Of a DNA stretch of 64,000 nucleotides, positions 49,742 through 61,353 are shown piece after piece (within the stretch, counting starts at the first letter, position 1; the number at the start of each line of letters is the position of its first letter). This DNA comes from Thermodesulfobacteriota bacterium (lineage in GTDB: Bacteria > Desulfobacterota > WTBG01 > CAIYCZ01 > CAIRTM01), in contig JANQFE010000096.1 of assembly GCA_028278025.1 (NCBI GenBank), forward strand, positions 10,711-74,710, read 5' to 3'. The translations under genes were made by a program, and so were the position numbers. Under the pieces are notes generated by a model. That model saw only the letters and a list, made by a program, of their open reading frames with translations. It was not told the origin of the DNA and ran no database searches.

Positions 49742-50695
49742 GTGAATATAATTACAACAAAGATAACACGACGCCGTTTTTTACAGACAGCCGGTCTTGG
49801 TGGTGCAATGCTTGCTGCTGGTTTGCCCACTACTGTAACATGGGCCCGTCCGGGACCTTCTGCAAAAAAGCTGAGGTTCATCTTCTATACTGATGTACAT
49901 GCAAGAACTGAATGGGACACACCTCGGGCCCTCCAGAGGGCTTCAGAGGCAATGAATGTGCAAAAGGCTGATTTTATGATTGCCGGAGGTGATCTGATTA
50001 CTGATGGTTTTCAATCCGGAGCTGCAAAGATAAAACATCGTTGGGATATATACCTGAAAATGCATCAGGGTATACCTGTACCCGTATACCCGGTCCTTGG
50101 TAATCATGACCTGGTTGCTGCAATACCTGAAGATGGAACAAACCCTTCTGATGACCCCCGCAGGATATTCAGGGACATCTTCGGGCTGCACAGCACATAT
50201 TACTCTTTTACCGCCTGCGGCTATCACTTCATTATACTGGATTCCATCTTGATTAGCGGTGGTGAGCTTAAGTATCAGGGTACGATACTGCCGGACCAGC
50301 TGGAATGGTTAAGAGAGGATCTTTCAGGTGTTTCCAAGGATATGCCGATTATTATTATAACGCATATTCCCCTTGTTACTGCTTTTTACCAATTAACATA
50401 TGGTACTACGGGTCCAGCTCCCAAGAACCGTGTGATTGTCAATAATCGTCAGGTTATTAATCTGTTCAACGAGCATAATCTTATACTGGTTCTTCAGGGT
50501 CACCTGCATATTAAGGAAAGAGTAATGTTGAATGGGACAACATTCATTACAGGTGGTGCGATATGCGCCAAGTGGTGGCGGGGCCCTTGGTATGATACTG
50601 AAGAAGGATTTTCAGTCATTACTCTGGATAATAACAAGGTATTCTGGGAGTATATTGATTATGACTGGATAGCACGGCGTCCGATTAGCCGGTAG
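49742..50695 (+). CDS. Tat-exported calcineurin-like metallophosphoesterase
   Basis: Twin-arginine signal 'RRRFLQTAGLGGAMLAAGLP'. 'FIFYTDVH', 'GGDLITDG' and 'VLGNHD' are phosphoesterase motifs. Confidence 0.8.
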   Translation: MNIITTKITRRRFLQTAGLGGAMLAAGLPTTVTWARPGPSAKKLRFIFYTDVHARTEWDTPRALQRASEAMNVQKADFMIAGGDLITDGFQSGAAKIKHRWDIYLKMHQGIPVPVYPVLGNHDLVAAIPEDGTNPSDDPRRIFRDIFGLHSTYYSFTACGYHFIILDSILISGGELKYQGTILPDQLEWLREDLSGVSKDMPIIIITHIPLVTAFYQLTYGTTGPAPKNRVIVNNRQVINLFNEHNLILVLQGHLHIKERVMLNGTTFITGGAICAKWWRGPWYDTEEGFSVITLDNNKVFWEYIDYDWIARRPISR

Positions 50696-51072
50696 TTACT
50701 GTTATTGCATAGCAGCTTGTAGGAAGTTATCAAGGAAGAGATAAAAGGGTTATTACCCTGCGATTGCAAAACAGAAGTAGTATATAACCAGGAATACGGC
50801 GTAGGAGATGCCGAGCAATAAAGCCTTGATAAATTTAGGCTTCTTAAAAAACCCCATTCTTTTGCCCAAAATTGTTAGTGTGGATTTGTTACCCAGTTAT
50901 TAGGTTGCTTTAGGATATATGATAAAAGAATTTACTATGGTTTGTCAAGTAAAAAAGCGCATAATTTAGAATAAATATGATAATTTGGACTAACAGTATA
51001 AAAAATAAAAAGTTTTTTTAAAAAAAATTTACCTATAAAATATCAAGAAATAATAAATTATATAGAAATAAC

Positions 51073-52251
51073 TTATTCGCCATTGGGCATTATAACTCTT
51101 ACCATGGTCACGCCATCAACAGCCCGCAGCTTTTTAATCAGGGTATTGTCTATAGGGCTATCTATATCAATTATATTGTAGGCATAGTCACCCTTGCTTT
51201 TATTCAACATATCAGCAATATTAATTTTCCCCTGGGCTAAAATAGGGGTGATCTGCCCAATCATGTTCGGGACATTCCTGTTAGCCACAAGTATTCGGTT
51301 TGTACCTGCAGGCGCCAGGGTGCAGTCGGGGAAGTTTACCGAGTTTTTGATATTGCCGTTTTCGAGAAAATTACGCAGTTGATTAACAGCCATGACAGCA
51401 CAGTTTTCTTCAGATTCAGGGGTTGAAGCCCCAAGGTGAGGTAGAGGGATTACATTGTCTAAACTAAGAAGATCGTCAGTGGGAAAATCAGTAACGTAGG
51501 TTTCAACAATTCCATCGGTGATAGCTTCTTTAAGGTCTTCATTATTAACCAATTCACCGCGGGCGAAATTAAGGATTCGAACGCCTTTTTTCATGACGGC
51601 AAATTTCTCTTTATTGATCATGCCTTTGGTATTGTCATTAAGAGGGACATGTAGTGAGATATAATCAGATTCGGCAATAAGGCTATCGAGGCTTACCGAT
51701 TTTTTTACAGTTCGTGAAAGACCCCAGGCTGCTTCAACCGACATATACGGGTCATACCCGCACACATCCATGCCAAGTGCTTCAGCATCATTTGCAACCA
51801 TAACACCAATTGCACCCAATCCGACAACACCGAATTTCTTACCCCTTATCTCAGGACCTGCAAAGTCTGATTTGCCTTTTTCTATCAGTTTTGTAACCTC
51901 CTGGCCTTTCCCGGTAAGGGTTCTGGCCCAGTTTATACCCTGAAAAATCCTGCGGGATGAAATAAAAAGGCCCATTAAAACCAGCTCCTTAACACCATTA
52001 GCATTCGCACCGGGAGTATTGAAAACTATGATGCCGCATTCGGAACATTTATCTACCGGTATATTATTGACACCGGCTCCTGCGCGAGCAATTGCTTTTA
52101 AGTTTTCCGGCAATTCCATATCAAGCATTTTATAACTTCTAACAAGAACAGCATCAGGGTTAAGTATTTCAGAGGCGTATTCATACTTTTCACGGGGTAA
52201 CAGATCGAGACCTTTGGGTGATATTTTATTGAGTGTTTGTACCTTGAACAT
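51073..52251 (-). CDS. serA: D-3-phosphoglycerate dehydrogenase-type 2-hydroxyacid dehydrogenase with C-terminal ACT domain
   Basis: 'GVVGLGAIGVMVA' NAD-binding motif. Catalytic R/E/H region 'LNFARGELV...HLGAST'. ACT-like C-terminus. Confidence 0.7.
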   Translation of the reverse strand: MFKVQTLNKISPKGLDLLPREKYEYASEILNPDAVLVRSYKMLDMELPENLKAIARAGAGVNNIPVDKCSECGIIVFNTPGANANGVKELVLMGLFISSRRIFQGINWARTLTGKGQEVTKLIEKGKSDFAGPEIRGKKFGVVGLGAIGVMVANDAEALGMDVCGYDPYMSVEAAWGLSRTVKKSVSLDSLIAESDYISLHVPLNDNTKGMINKEKFAVMKKGVRILNFARGELVNNEDLKEAITDGIVETYVTDFPTDDLLSLDNVIPLPHLGASTPESEENCAVMAVNQLRNFLENGNIKNSVNFPDCTLAPAGTNRILVANRNVPNMIGQITPILAQGKINIADMLNKSKGDYAYNIIDIDSPIDNTLIKKLRAVDGVTMVRVIMPNGE

Positions 52252-52308
52252 CGTAACTGCTCCTTATTGCAATAAAATAATGAATGTTTGTTTGCATGTA
52301 AGTCTGTA

Positions 52309-54336
52309 TTACTTTTTCAGCAGCTTTCTGGCACGCAGCACAACACTATCCACTGTGAATCCGTACTGTTTAAACAATTCCTTATAGGGTGCGCTGGCAC
52401 CAAACGTAGTAATGCCCATTATGTCACCGGCATCTCCAACCCAGTCACGCCAGCCCAGGGGAGAACCTGCTTCCACAGCAAGACGAACGGTTGTTGCCGG
52501 GGGCAGTACCTCATCCCGGTAAGCAGGGGATTGATCCTTAAACAGTTCCCAGCTCGGCATGCTTACCACACGGGCATCAATACCTTCATTTGCCAAATTG
52601 TCCTGAGCCTTCAAAATTAATTCAACCTCAGAGCCGGTAGCCAAAAGAACAATATCAGGCACAGAGCCCTTTTCTTTGGAGAGGATATAGGCACCGTTGA
52701 GGGCTCCTTCAGCAGGGGCATATATAGTACGGTCCAGTACAGAAAGCTTCTGCCTGGTCAAAACCAGCATGGTAGGGCCGGTCGTGCGCATCAGGGCAAC
52801 TTGCCAGGCAAAGGCGACCTCATTTGCATCTGCCGGTCTGATGACATACAGATTGGGTATGGCCCGCAGTGAGGCAAGATGCTCAATGGGCTGATGAGTC
52901 GGCCCGTCTTCACCAAGACCAATGGAGTCATGTGTCATGACATAGATTACCGGTAAGCCCATGAGCGCAGCAAGGCGGATAGCAGGCCGTGCATAGTCGG
53001 TAAAGACAAAAAAAGTTGCAGCAAATGGTCGAATACCGCCATGCAGGGCCATGCCTGAAGAACAGGAACACATAGCATGTTCACGCACTCCCCATGCTAT
53101 ATTCCGGTTTTCATAGCGTCCTTTGCCAAAATAGTCAGTGGTTTTTATAAGGCTGTTGTTGGAAGGGGCCAAGTCGGCGCTGCCGCCTACTACATATGGT
53201 ACATGTTCTGCAAAGGCGTTAATGACTTTGCCTGAAGCTGAACGGGTCGCAAGGGGACCATCAGAGGGTGCAAACTCCGGTATCCCTTTGTCCCAGCCTT
53301 TTGGCAGTTCATTTCTTAATGCGGTATCAAGCTGTAAAGCCGCATCCGGAAAAGCTTGCCGGTATGAAGCACATTGCTTGTTCCATTCATCCTCATAGCG
53401 GATGCCTCTCTCAACAGCTTTTTGCATATACTCAAGAGCATTCTCAGGGACCAGAAACTTCTCATGTTCCGGCCAGCCGTAGACTCTTTTAGTACGTGCA
53501 GCTTCATCTTCCCCCAGCGGTGCACCGTGCGCATCGGGTGTATCCTGAAAGCTGGGTGAGCCATAGCCAATGTGGCTGCGTACAATAATAATGGAAGGGC
53601 GGTCTTTTTCCTGCCGGGCATTACTAAATGCCTGAGAAAGAGCGCCGACATCGTTGGCATTGTCGCCGATATCCTGTACATGCCAGTGATAGGCCTCAAA
53701 CCTGGTTTTGACATCATCAGTATAAGCGATTTCTGTTTGGCCCTCTATACTGATATGATTATCATCATACAGAAAAATCAATTTGCTCAGGCCAAGATGT
53801 CCTGCCAGGGAAGCCGCCTCATGTGAAGCCCCTTCCATGAAATCACCGTCACTGCAAAAAGCATAGGTATAATGGTTTATAATTTCATGTCCCTTGCGGT
53901 TAAAGGTCGCTGCGAGATGAGCCTCGGCAATTGCCATACCCACCGCATTCATAATTCCCTGGCCCAGCGGGCCGGTAGTCGTTTCTACTCCGGGTGTAAG
54001 TATATTTTCGGGATGCCCGGGTGTTTTGCTTTTTAGTTGACGAAAATTTTTAATGTCGTCCAGTGACAGGTCATAACCGGTTAAATAGAGCATGGCATAC
54101 AGGAGCATGGAAGCATGGCCGTTAGACAAAATAAAACGGTCACGGTTAAACCACGATGGATTGCGGGGATTATAGCGCATGATCTTTGTCCACAGTGTGT
54201 AGGCGGCAGGTGCCAGCGCCATAGGAGCACCGGGATGGCCCGAGTTGGCCTTCTGGACTGCATCTATTGAAAGGGTCCGAATGGTATTGATGCAGAGCAG
54301 CTCAAGAGCGTCGTTTTGGGGCGATGTGTCAGACAC
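52309..54336 (-). CDS. tkt: Transketolase
   Basis: '[27 protein letters not shown]' and TPP-binding 'GDGDFMEG' region. Confidence 0.95.
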   Translation of the reverse strand: MSDTSPQNDALELLCINTIRTLSIDAVQKANSGHPGAPMALAPAAYTLWTKIMRYNPRNPSWFNRDRFILSNGHASMLLYAMLYLTGYDLSLDDIKNFRQLKSKTPGHPENILTPGVETTTGPLGQGIMNAVGMAIAEAHLAATFNRKGHEIINHYTYAFCSDGDFMEGASHEAASLAGHLGLSKLIFLYDDNHISIEGQTEIAYTDDVKTRFEAYHWHVQDIGDNANDVGALSQAFSNARQEKDRPSIIIVRSHIGYGSPSFQDTPDAHGAPLGEDEAARTKRVYGWPEHEKFLVPENALEYMQKAVERGIRYEDEWNKQCASYRQAFPDAALQLDTALRNELPKGWDKGIPEFAPSDGPLATRSASGKVINAFAEHVPYVVGGSADLAPSNNSLIKTTDYFGKGRYENRNIAWGVREHAMCSCSSGMALHGGIRPFAATFFVFTDYARPAIRLAALMGLPVIYVMTHDSIGLGEDGPTHQPIEHLASLRAIPNLYVIRPADANEVAFAWQVALMRTTGPTMLVLTRQKLSVLDRTIYAPAEGALNGAYILSKEKGSVPDIVLLATGSEVELILKAQDNLANEGIDARVVSMPSWELFKDQSPAYRDEVLPPATTVRLAVEAGSPLGWRDWVGDAGDIMGITTFGASAPYKELFKQYGFTVDSVVLRARKLLKK

Positions 54337-54562
54337 GTTAATTTCCTTATGAATTTTAGGTAAATAGTGGTTTAAAGAGCGATAGTATTTAAGGCTGGAA
54401 GTATAGAAGAATGCACCAGATATGTCAAGAAAAAGGGGGTAAGACGGGATGTAACTGATGCTCTAAGCAATGTTTTAAAAACCCGGCATACTAAAATTTT
54501 AGTAATTTAGTAAATAATAGTATATAAAAAGAGTTAGTTAATTTTCTAAACCGGAGGAACTT

Positions 54563-56539
54563 GTGACGGAAAAAAATTCAAGTACAAAAAATATTTTTGG
54601 ATGGAGGGGCAACATTCTACGAGTTAATCTTACTCAATCAAAGATATGGGTTGAAGATCTTCCGGAAGAATATATGGATAAATACATCGGCGGGGCAGGT
54701 ATCAATGCCCGGTTGCTGTATGACATTATGAAAGACAATTTACAGACAGATCCCCTTGATCCTGTAAGTCCGCTTATATTCGGCTGCGGGCCTATGGTTG
54801 GAACAAAATTTCCTTGTGCCAGCCGATTTACGGTCACTGCTAAAAGTCCGCTGACCGGGATTTTCGGGGATACAAATGCGGGGGGATATTTTCCGGTACG
54901 ACTCAAGCAGGCAGGTTATGACCATATTGTTATTCAAGGCAGAGCTGAAAAGCCGGTAGCACTTCTGATTGAGAAAGACAACCTGCCGGAGATCGTAGAT
55001 GCCCGTGACCTATGGGGTCTTGATATTTATGCTGTCGACGAAGCCCTACAGGAAAAATACGGGAGCTGTGAAACAGCCCGTATAGGGTCTGCCGGAGAAA
55101 ACCTGGTGCGCTATGCAAGCATCCTATCCGGTTCAAAAAGGGTAAGTTCAAATGGCCGCACCGGTATGGGATGTGTGATGGGCTCAAAAAATTTAAAAGC
55201 CGTCATTGTAAAAAGTACCGGCACAGTGCCGGTTGCCGATGAGCAGGCAGTTGATGTTTTGGCGAAACGCTATCGCGAAGTGTGGCACAAGGGGCCCGGT
55301 ACCACACTTAAAAGAGAGTACGGTACGCTCACCTTGATGTCACAGAAAGGAGAAACAGAACGTATTAAGAACGATCAGGAGCATATTACACAAGAGCAGC
55401 TTAACGCTTATGACCTTGAAGATTTTAAACAAAATTACAAAACCGGGCAGACCGCATGCTATCGTTGTCCGGTAGCCTGCAGCCAGAAATGGGCAATAAA
55501 GCAGGGTCCCTTTAAGGGGGACAGGGGTGACAAGGTTGAATACGGACATATGCTGCACCTGGGTCCTATGCTGGGAATATTTGATTTTTCTGCCATGCTG
55601 CATCTCACAGATGTATGTAACCGCATGGGTATGGACTGTATCCAGTTCGGATACAATACTGCCATGGCGATGGAATGTTTTCAGAGGGGTATCATAGGCA
55701 GCGAGGAATCCGGGGGCATCACGCTGCAATGGGGTGATGTTCAGGTTGTGGAGAAGCTGATGATGATGACGGCACACAGAGACGGCTTCGGTGATATTTT
55801 GGCTGAGGGTGCAACCGGTATGATTGCACGACTGGGACCCGGGACAGAGGTCTGCGGATCGCACATTAAGGGCATGTCTTTTACCTATAGCTGCAGCCAT
55901 GGAGTGCCTATGAGCCTGGCTTCATCGGTAGCAACCAGAGGGGGTGATCACCTCAAAGGACATCCCTTTGCAGCTATCATAGGCCACGAGGAGATGCTTG
56001 AAAAAATGTTCGGCAAGGATTTGCCCGAAGAAATTGCAGACCACACCAGTCCGGTTGCCAAGGGCCGTGTAGTGTGGTGGCAGGAAAACTACAAAATGAT
56101 TATGGACTGTCTGGGATTATGTTTTTTGCCGGTAATAAATGCAAATGTATGGAGCGATCCTCTTATACTGACAAAAGAGATGGGTGAGATGTATCAGACC
56201 ATAACAGGACGTGATCCGAAAAACCTGTTTGAATCGGCTGAGCGGGCCTATCAGGTTGAGCGTTGTTATAATGCACTACTGGGAATTACCCGCAAAGATG
56301 ATGCCTGGCAAGGCAATCTGCGCGGTGGTAAAAACCCCATTAACCATCCGGGTATGCTTGATGAGTATTATTTTTATAGGGGGTGTTCCAGTGACGGGTT
56401 GCCTACACTCAAAAGACTTAAAGAAATAGGGTTATCAGATATTGCCGGGGACCTGGCTAAAAATAAAAAACTTGCCGAAGAGGTAGCATGTCCTGATATA
56501 CGGGAACTGGTAAAGGATTCTCCTGATATTGTCGGGTAA
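54563..56539 (+). CDS. aor: Tungsten-containing aldehyde:ferredoxin oxidoreductase (AOR family)
   Basis: GTG start after GGAGG. 'ILRVNLTQSKIWVEDLPEEYMDKYIGGAGINARLLYD', AOR N-terminal domain. Length 658 aa. Confidence 0.9.
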   Translation: MTEKNSSTKNIFGWRGNILRVNLTQSKIWVEDLPEEYMDKYIGGAGINARLLYDIMKDNLQTDPLDPVSPLIFGCGPMVGTKFPCASRFTVTAKSPLTGIFGDTNAGGYFPVRLKQAGYDHIVIQGRAEKPVALLIEKDNLPEIVDARDLWGLDIYAVDEALQEKYGSCETARIGSAGENLVRYASILSGSKRVSSNGRTGMGCVMGSKNLKAVIVKSTGTVPVADEQAVDVLAKRYREVWHKGPGTTLKREYGTLTLMSQKGETERIKNDQEHITQEQLNAYDLEDFKQNYKTGQTACYRCPVACSQKWAIKQGPFKGDRGDKVEYGHMLHLGPMLGIFDFSAMLHLTDVCNRMGMDCIQFGYNTAMAMECFQRGIIGSEESGGITLQWGDVQVVEKLMMMTAHRDGFGDILAEGATGMIARLGPGTEVCGSHIKGMSFTYSCSHGVPMSLASSVATRGGDHLKGHPFAAIIGHEEMLEKMFGKDLPEEIADHTSPVAKGRVVWWQENYKMIMDCLGLCFLPVINANVWSDPLILTKEMGEMYQTITGRDPKNLFESAERAYQVERCYNALLGITRKDDAWQGNLRGGKNPINHPGMLDEYYFYRGCSSDGLPTLKRLKEIGLSDIAGDLAKNKKLAEEVACPDIRELVKDSPDIVG

Positions 56540-56555
56540 CTTTTTTAGGTGATTA

Positions 56556-57935
56556 TTACGTAAGTTTTTTGATTTTTTTCCGCTTGTAGCGGAAAGCATA
56601 GTATGACATATGCAGCAATTCGGCGGCACGTTTTTCGTTGCCGCCGGCTTTTTTATATGCTTGGCGTATATAGTGTTTTTCAAGGGCATCCAGGTCAATG
56701 CCGTCATTAGGCAAAGATGGAAAATGAGGAGTACTGCCATCCTGTTCAACTGCGTGCTCCAGCGTAACTTTTTGCATGCCGAGGTCTTCAAGGGTTATAT
56801 TCGGCCCGCTTCCAACGAGAACTCCGCGTTCGATCATATTTTTAAGCTCACGTATGTTGCCTTTCCACTGGTGATTCTCCAGAAATGATTCAGCCTCAGG
56901 GGCAATACCGATAAAAGACTTGCCGTGTTTGTTGTTAAACTCAGCCAGAAAATGTCGTGCTATGGGTACGATATCCTCGGGCCGCTCATTCAGCGATGGG
57001 ATTTCTATTTTAATGACGGCAAGACGGTAATAGAGGTCCTGCCTGAAAAGCTCCTTTTGTACCATCTGTTCAAGGTCCTTATTGGTAGCAGAAACAATAC
57101 GTGTTGTTAAGGAAAGCTTCTGGGTACCCCCCACCCGGTAGTACTCGCCGTCTTCAAGAAAACGCAGCAGTTTTGCCTGGGCCTGCAGGCTCAAATCAGC
57201 AACCTCATCCAGAAACAGTGTGCCGCCGGCAGCCTCTTCAACCAGACCTTTTTTGCCGGCAATTAAGGCGCCGCTGAAAGCACCTTTTTCATATCCGAAA
57301 AGTTCACTTTCTATAAGATCCTTTGGTATGGCCGCACAGTTTATTGAAACAAACGGTCCCCTGAAATTGGGGCTGTTATAATGAACCGCCCCGGCAATAA
57401 GCTCCTTACCGGTTCCTGTTGCTCCTATTATCAGGACAGGTGTATCGGGGCTTTGAGCTACTTTGTCCACAAACTGCATAACATCCTGAATAACGTTGCT
57501 CTCAGCAACAAAACAGGGAATATTTTCCTTAAGAGTCTGCTCCTGAAGGGTCTGTATTTCTTTGCGCAGCTTAATAGTGTCCAGGGCTCTGGTAATACTG
57601 TGCTTGAGGGAATCCATGTGCAGGGGTTTGACAATGTAATCGTGTGCACCGGATTTCATAGCGGCAAGCACAGTGTCAATGTCCTCATAGGCCGTTGCCA
57701 TAATGACAAGTATGTTAGGGTTACGCTTTTTGATCTCCTGGAGTGCTTCAATGCCGCTCATTCCCGGCAGTCCAATGTCAAGCAGCACCAGATCAGGTAC
57801 ATCAGTGTCAATTTCAACAAGAGCAGCCTCTGCAGAGTCAAAAGCCTTAACGCGGTACTGTTTTCTCAAGCCAAAGGTTACTCCGTCCCTGATGCTTTTT
57901 TCATCATCAACAATATAAATAAAATAGTCTATCAT
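56556..57935 (-). CDS. Sigma54-dependent response regulator (NtrC family: receiver, AAA+ sigma54-activator and HTH domains)
   Basis: 'VLLDIGLPGMSGI' receiver. 'GATGTGKELIAGAVH' Walker A. 'GAFSGA' GAFTGA-like motif. C-terminal HTH. Confidence 0.9.
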   Translation of the reverse strand: MIDYFIYIVDDEKSIRDGVTFGLRKQYRVKAFDSAEAALVEIDTDVPDLVLLDIGLPGMSGIEALQEIKKRNPNILVIMATAYEDIDTVLAAMKSGAHDYIVKPLHMDSLKHSITRALDTIKLRKEIQTLQEQTLKENIPCFVAESNVIQDVMQFVDKVAQSPDTPVLIIGATGTGKELIAGAVHYNSPNFRGPFVSINCAAIPKDLIESELFGYEKGAFSGALIAGKKGLVEEAAGGTLFLDEVADLSLQAQAKLLRFLEDGEYYRVGGTQKLSLTTRIVSATNKDLEQMVQKELFRQDLYYRLAVIKIEIPSLNERPEDIVPIARHFLAEFNNKHGKSFIGIAPEAESFLENHQWKGNIRELKNMIERGVLVGSGPNITLEDLGMQKVTLEHAVEQDGSTPHFPSLPNDGIDLDALEKHYIRQAYKKAGGNEKRAAELLHMSYYAFRYKRKKIKKLT

Positions 57936-57943
57936 GGCCTGTA

Positions 57944-60103
57944 TTATCCTTTATAGGCAGAGGGAATTCTTATAATAAATTCAGCACCGCCCCATTGTGA
58001 ACCGGTAATAGAAATACTACCCCGGTGGTCGGTGATGATACGCTGACAAATACTCAGTCCGATCCCTGAGCCGTCTTTTTTAGTGGTATAGAAAGGATCA
58101 AATATTTTTTCTCTGTTTGCAGCAATAATTCCAGGACCCGAATCGGCAACATGGATGGTTACGGACCCGTTTTCCAAGGCTGTGCTTACCGCAATGATTC
58201 TTTCTCCCGCTCTATTTTTTAAGGCTTCAGCGGCATTGTTTATAAGGTTTAATATGACCTGTTCCATCTGCTGCAGATCAATCTTTATAGTCGGCAGATC
58301 CTCCGCTAAATCGGTATGTATGGATATTTTGGATTTCCGCAGGGTAACATGCGCAAGCATTAAGGCCTCATTAACGGCCACATTGATGTTGGCCGGCTTA
58401 AACCTGGGTGTCCCCGGTCTGGTAAAATCAAGTACCCGTTTAATGACCGTTTCTATTTTGCCTGCAGCAGCCTGGGCCTGGCTAATGAGGGTCTTAATAT
58501 CTTCAGTGCTTTCGGGGTCCTGAAAATTTTCACGTATACCGTCAAGAAACATATTGACTCCGGAAAGGGGATTGCGAATTTCGTGGGCAATGCCCGCGGC
58601 CACATGGCCCAGAGAAATCATCCTGTCCTTGGCTTCCAGGAGGTTTTCCAGTTCTCGGGTCCTGGTAACGTCCATCATATTCACAAGAATAGCCTTTTGA
58701 CCCATATATTCTATAAGATTTGCACGGCAGTGTGCCCAGCGTACTGCACCGCTTTTGTGTCCGTCAGTTGATGAATAAAAACGGTAATCTGTGTCGGCTT
58801 TTTGCACTTCCCCGGAAAGCAGGCTTTCATAAAATATTTTAACCTTTTCAACATCATCAGGATGTACTCTTTGAAAGTTGGTAATGGTAAAACCCTCGGG
58901 CAGCGGGCCGAAAAGGCGTTCCTGTTCCGGATTGCGGTAAACAATCCGCTCATTTTGCACAATAAAAATACCTGTATGTGAGTTTTCAACCAGGCTGCGA
59001 AAACGTTCTTCGCTTTCCTCCAGTACATGCAGTGCCTGTTGCTGATCGGTTATATCAAGCAATGATCCTACACTGCTTCTGCTGCCCGGAATCACAGCAG
59101 TGGTGAAAGAAACAGTTCGGATATGGCCCTTCCAGGTAACAAAACTAAATTCAAAGCTGTGAGGTGCGGATGCGGTGTTGAACATGCTCGCAGAGCAATA
59201 ACTTTTTAAGCCCTCGCTGTCTTTGCCGGAAGCAAAATCGGAAAAAATACTTTTACCCTCTATATCAGCCTTGGTATAGCCGGAGAGTTTTTCAAATTCA
59301 CTGTTTGCGAGCATGACAACCAGGTCCTCATTGAGAATAACCGTAGCAGTTCCCGTGTTTTCAAAAATAATGCGGTATTTTTCCTCGGAGGCCCGTAGGG
59401 CATTTTCTGTTTCGGCACGTTGCCTCTCGGTCTGGAGGTTCTGCACCGTTAAAAAAATCAAGAGTAATGCAATGACTGCCACAATGGCAAGGGATATAAG
59501 GACGACATTTCGGTTTATAGAGGCCATTTCCAAAGCAACATCTTCTATGTAAATACCTGTGCCGATTATCCAGCCCCACGGTGCAAAGCCCTTCACGTAG
59601 GATATTTTAGGTACTATGCGATTTTGGTCATCTTTCCACTGCCACATATATTCAATGTAGCCCGCGCCGGACTTTTTAACAACGTTAACAAATTCTATAA
59701 AGACTTGTTTGCCGTTCGGATCTGTATAATTGCTTAAATCTTTGCCGTTCAAATCACTTCGGTAGGGGTGGATTACCATACGCGGATGCATGTCATTAAT
59801 CCAGAAATAATCTTTCATCTGCTGCCCGTAATGCAGGTTTCTGATCTGCTCAACCGCCAGACGCTGAGCTTCTTGACGGGTAAGCAGGCCCCGGCGTTCG
59901 TCATATTCGAATTTAGCAAGGATATTCCAGGCAGAATTAGTCAATTCTCTGATCATCTCACGCTTGTGATCAAGACTGATTTTCTCAATGACCGGTATGA
60001 TGATGATAAAAATTGAGGAGATAAAAAGTACTATAGTGAGCACGGTCGGGAGGATTACCCGAACCAGAAAAGACTTCCATTGCACAGATAAACTTTGCAT
60101 CAT
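57944..60103 (-). CDS. Sensor histidine kinase with periplasmic Cache-like domain, two PAS domains, HisKA and HATPase
   Basis: Two TM segments flank a periplasmic domain. 'HEIRNPLSGV' H-box. G-box 'DSGPGI'. Confidence 0.85.
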   Translation of the reverse strand: MMQSLSVQWKSFLVRVILPTVLTIVLFISSIFIIIIPVIEKISLDHKREMIRELTNSAWNILAKFEYDERRGLLTRQEAQRLAVEQIRNLHYGQQMKDYFWINDMHPRMVIHPYRSDLNGKDLSNYTDPNGKQVFIEFVNVVKKSGAGYIEYMWQWKDDQNRIVPKISYVKGFAPWGWIIGTGIYIEDVALEMASINRNVVLISLAIVAVIALLLIFLTVQNLQTERQRAETENALRASEEKYRIIFENTGTATVILNEDLVVMLANSEFEKLSGYTKADIEGKSIFSDFASGKDSEGLKSYCSASMFNTASAPHSFEFSFVTWKGHIRTVSFTTAVIPGSRSSVGSLLDITDQQQALHVLEESEERFRSLVENSHTGIFIVQNERIVYRNPEQERLFGPLPEGFTITNFQRVHPDDVEKVKIFYESLLSGEVQKADTDYRFYSSTDGHKSGAVRWAHCRANLIEYMGQKAILVNMMDVTRTRELENLLEAKDRMISLGHVAAGIAHEIRNPLSGVNMFLDGIRENFQDPESTEDIKTLISQAQAAAGKIETVIKRVLDFTRPGTPRFKPANINVAVNEALMLAHVTLRKSKISIHTDLAEDLPTIKIDLQQMEQVILNLINNAAEALKNRAGERIIAVSTALENGSVTIHVADSGPGIIAANREKIFDPFYTTKKDGSGIGLSICQRIITDHRGSISITGSQWGGAEFIIRIPSAYKG

Positions 60104-60341
60104 TGTATAGATCGTAAGCTGCCTTTGCCCAAAAAGAGTTAAGACGGTATAGGGAGTATAAGCATACTGTATATAAGATATTAAAAAAGCACATTACATT
60201 TTTTATACTAATGATTTTTTCACCATTTGTCAATGATGTATTTGGCCATTTGGCCAAATATTGGGGTTGGTAACGGGTTGTTGATGATAAAAATAAATAA
60301 AATAAAAAAACAAAACATATTAATTTATTAAAATAACTTAA

Positions 60342-60357
60342 TGGCACCATTACTGCA
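60342..60357 (+). promoter_or_regulatory. Sigma54 (-24/-12) promoter TGGCAC-N5-CTGCA upstream of the satP-like gene. Palindromic candidate enhancer sites (atttggccaaat, ggccatttggcc) lie at 60243-60262.
   Basis: Read directly. Located between the divergent NtrC-type TCS operon and the YaaH-family gene. Confidence 0.5.
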
Positions 60358-60473
60358 ATTATCTGTTTACAAAACTGTGACACCAAAAGCCGAATTACAT
60401 AAGCGGGACCAACACAGCCAATTGATTCGGCCCTGTACAATAACCAAACTTATGATGAGGAGGTAAAACAATA

Positions 60474-61181
60474 ATGGAATATGCTCAACAAGAGGCCTAT
60501 GAAAGAGCGGAAATGATTAATGCCTTGGACAATCACCTGAAACAGACAACAGATGCAAAAGTTATCAGCTTAGCAGAGGTTCTTTTAAAACAGCAGGAAG
60601 CCCGCCGGGCTGTACAGATTGAGGATACGACCTCAAATCCGGCACCCCTGGGACTGCTGGGGTTCGGCATGACAACCATACTGCTTAACATTCACAATGC
60701 CGGTTATACGGCCCTTGATACCATGATTTTGGGAATGGGTATTTTTTACGGCGGTTTGGCCCAGATCATTGCCGGCATCATGGAATGGAAAAAGAAAAAT
60801 ACCTTTGGAACGACAGCTTTTACTTCATACGGACTGTTCTGGCTGACACTGGTCGGCCTGCTGGTTCTGCCGAAATTCGGTATCGGAGATGCACCTACAG
60901 CCCATGCCATGGGAACCTATCTGTTTATGTGGGGGCTGCTCACAGCGTTTTTATTTATCGGCACTTTCAAGATGAACCGGGTCCTGCAGCTTGTATTCTT
61001 TACCCTGACCGCGCTTTTCTTTATGCTGGCTACGGCCGATTTTACGGGCGTTGCCATGATAAAAACAGTAGCCGGATACGAAGGCATAGTTTGCGGACTG
61101 TTAGCCTGTTATGCCGCGCTTGCTCAGGTTTTAAATGAAGTGTTCGGCAAGGATATCTTCCCCCTTGGTCCCGTGAAATAG
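60474..61181 (+). CDS. satP: GPR1/FUN34/YaaH-family succinate-acetate/proton symporter (SatP-like) with about 45-aa N-terminal extension
   Basis: '[24 protein letters not shown]', the family hallmark. GAGGAGG SD. Confidence 0.85.
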   Translation: MEYAQQEAYERAEMINALDNHLKQTTDAKVISLAEVLLKQQEARRAVQIEDTTSNPAPLGLLGFGMTTILLNIHNAGYTALDTMILGMGIFYGGLAQIIAGIMEWKKKNTFGTTAFTSYGLFWLTLVGLLVLPKFGIGDAPTAHAMGTYLFMWGLLTAFLFIGTFKMNRVLQLVFFTLTALFFMLATADFTGVAMIKTVAGYEGIVCGLLACYAALAQVLNEVFGKDIFPLGPVK

Positions 61182-61204
61182 TACCCTCCTGTTTCATGTG
61201 AGAA

Positions 61205-61239
61205 AAAAGGGCGGGTATGCAAATTCCGCCCTTTTTTCT
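61205..61239 (+). terminator. Rho-independent terminator (gggcgg-loop-ccgccc plus T6) after the satP-like gene
   Basis: Read directly at 61204-61238. Confidence 0.7.
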
Positions 61240-61353
61240 TTGCGTGCACTCAAGTACTCAGAAGCATTTTATTCCATTTGACATATTGCTGTTAAGCAAG
61301 TATATTCTCTGCCTCTTAAGCACTACTATATTTACTGATACACCGACGGTATT

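Noticed and set aside
54337-54562. Possible sigma54 promoter upstream of aor
   Set aside because: GG and GC dinucleotides are present, but the spacing (14 nt) does not fit the -24/-12 geometry.
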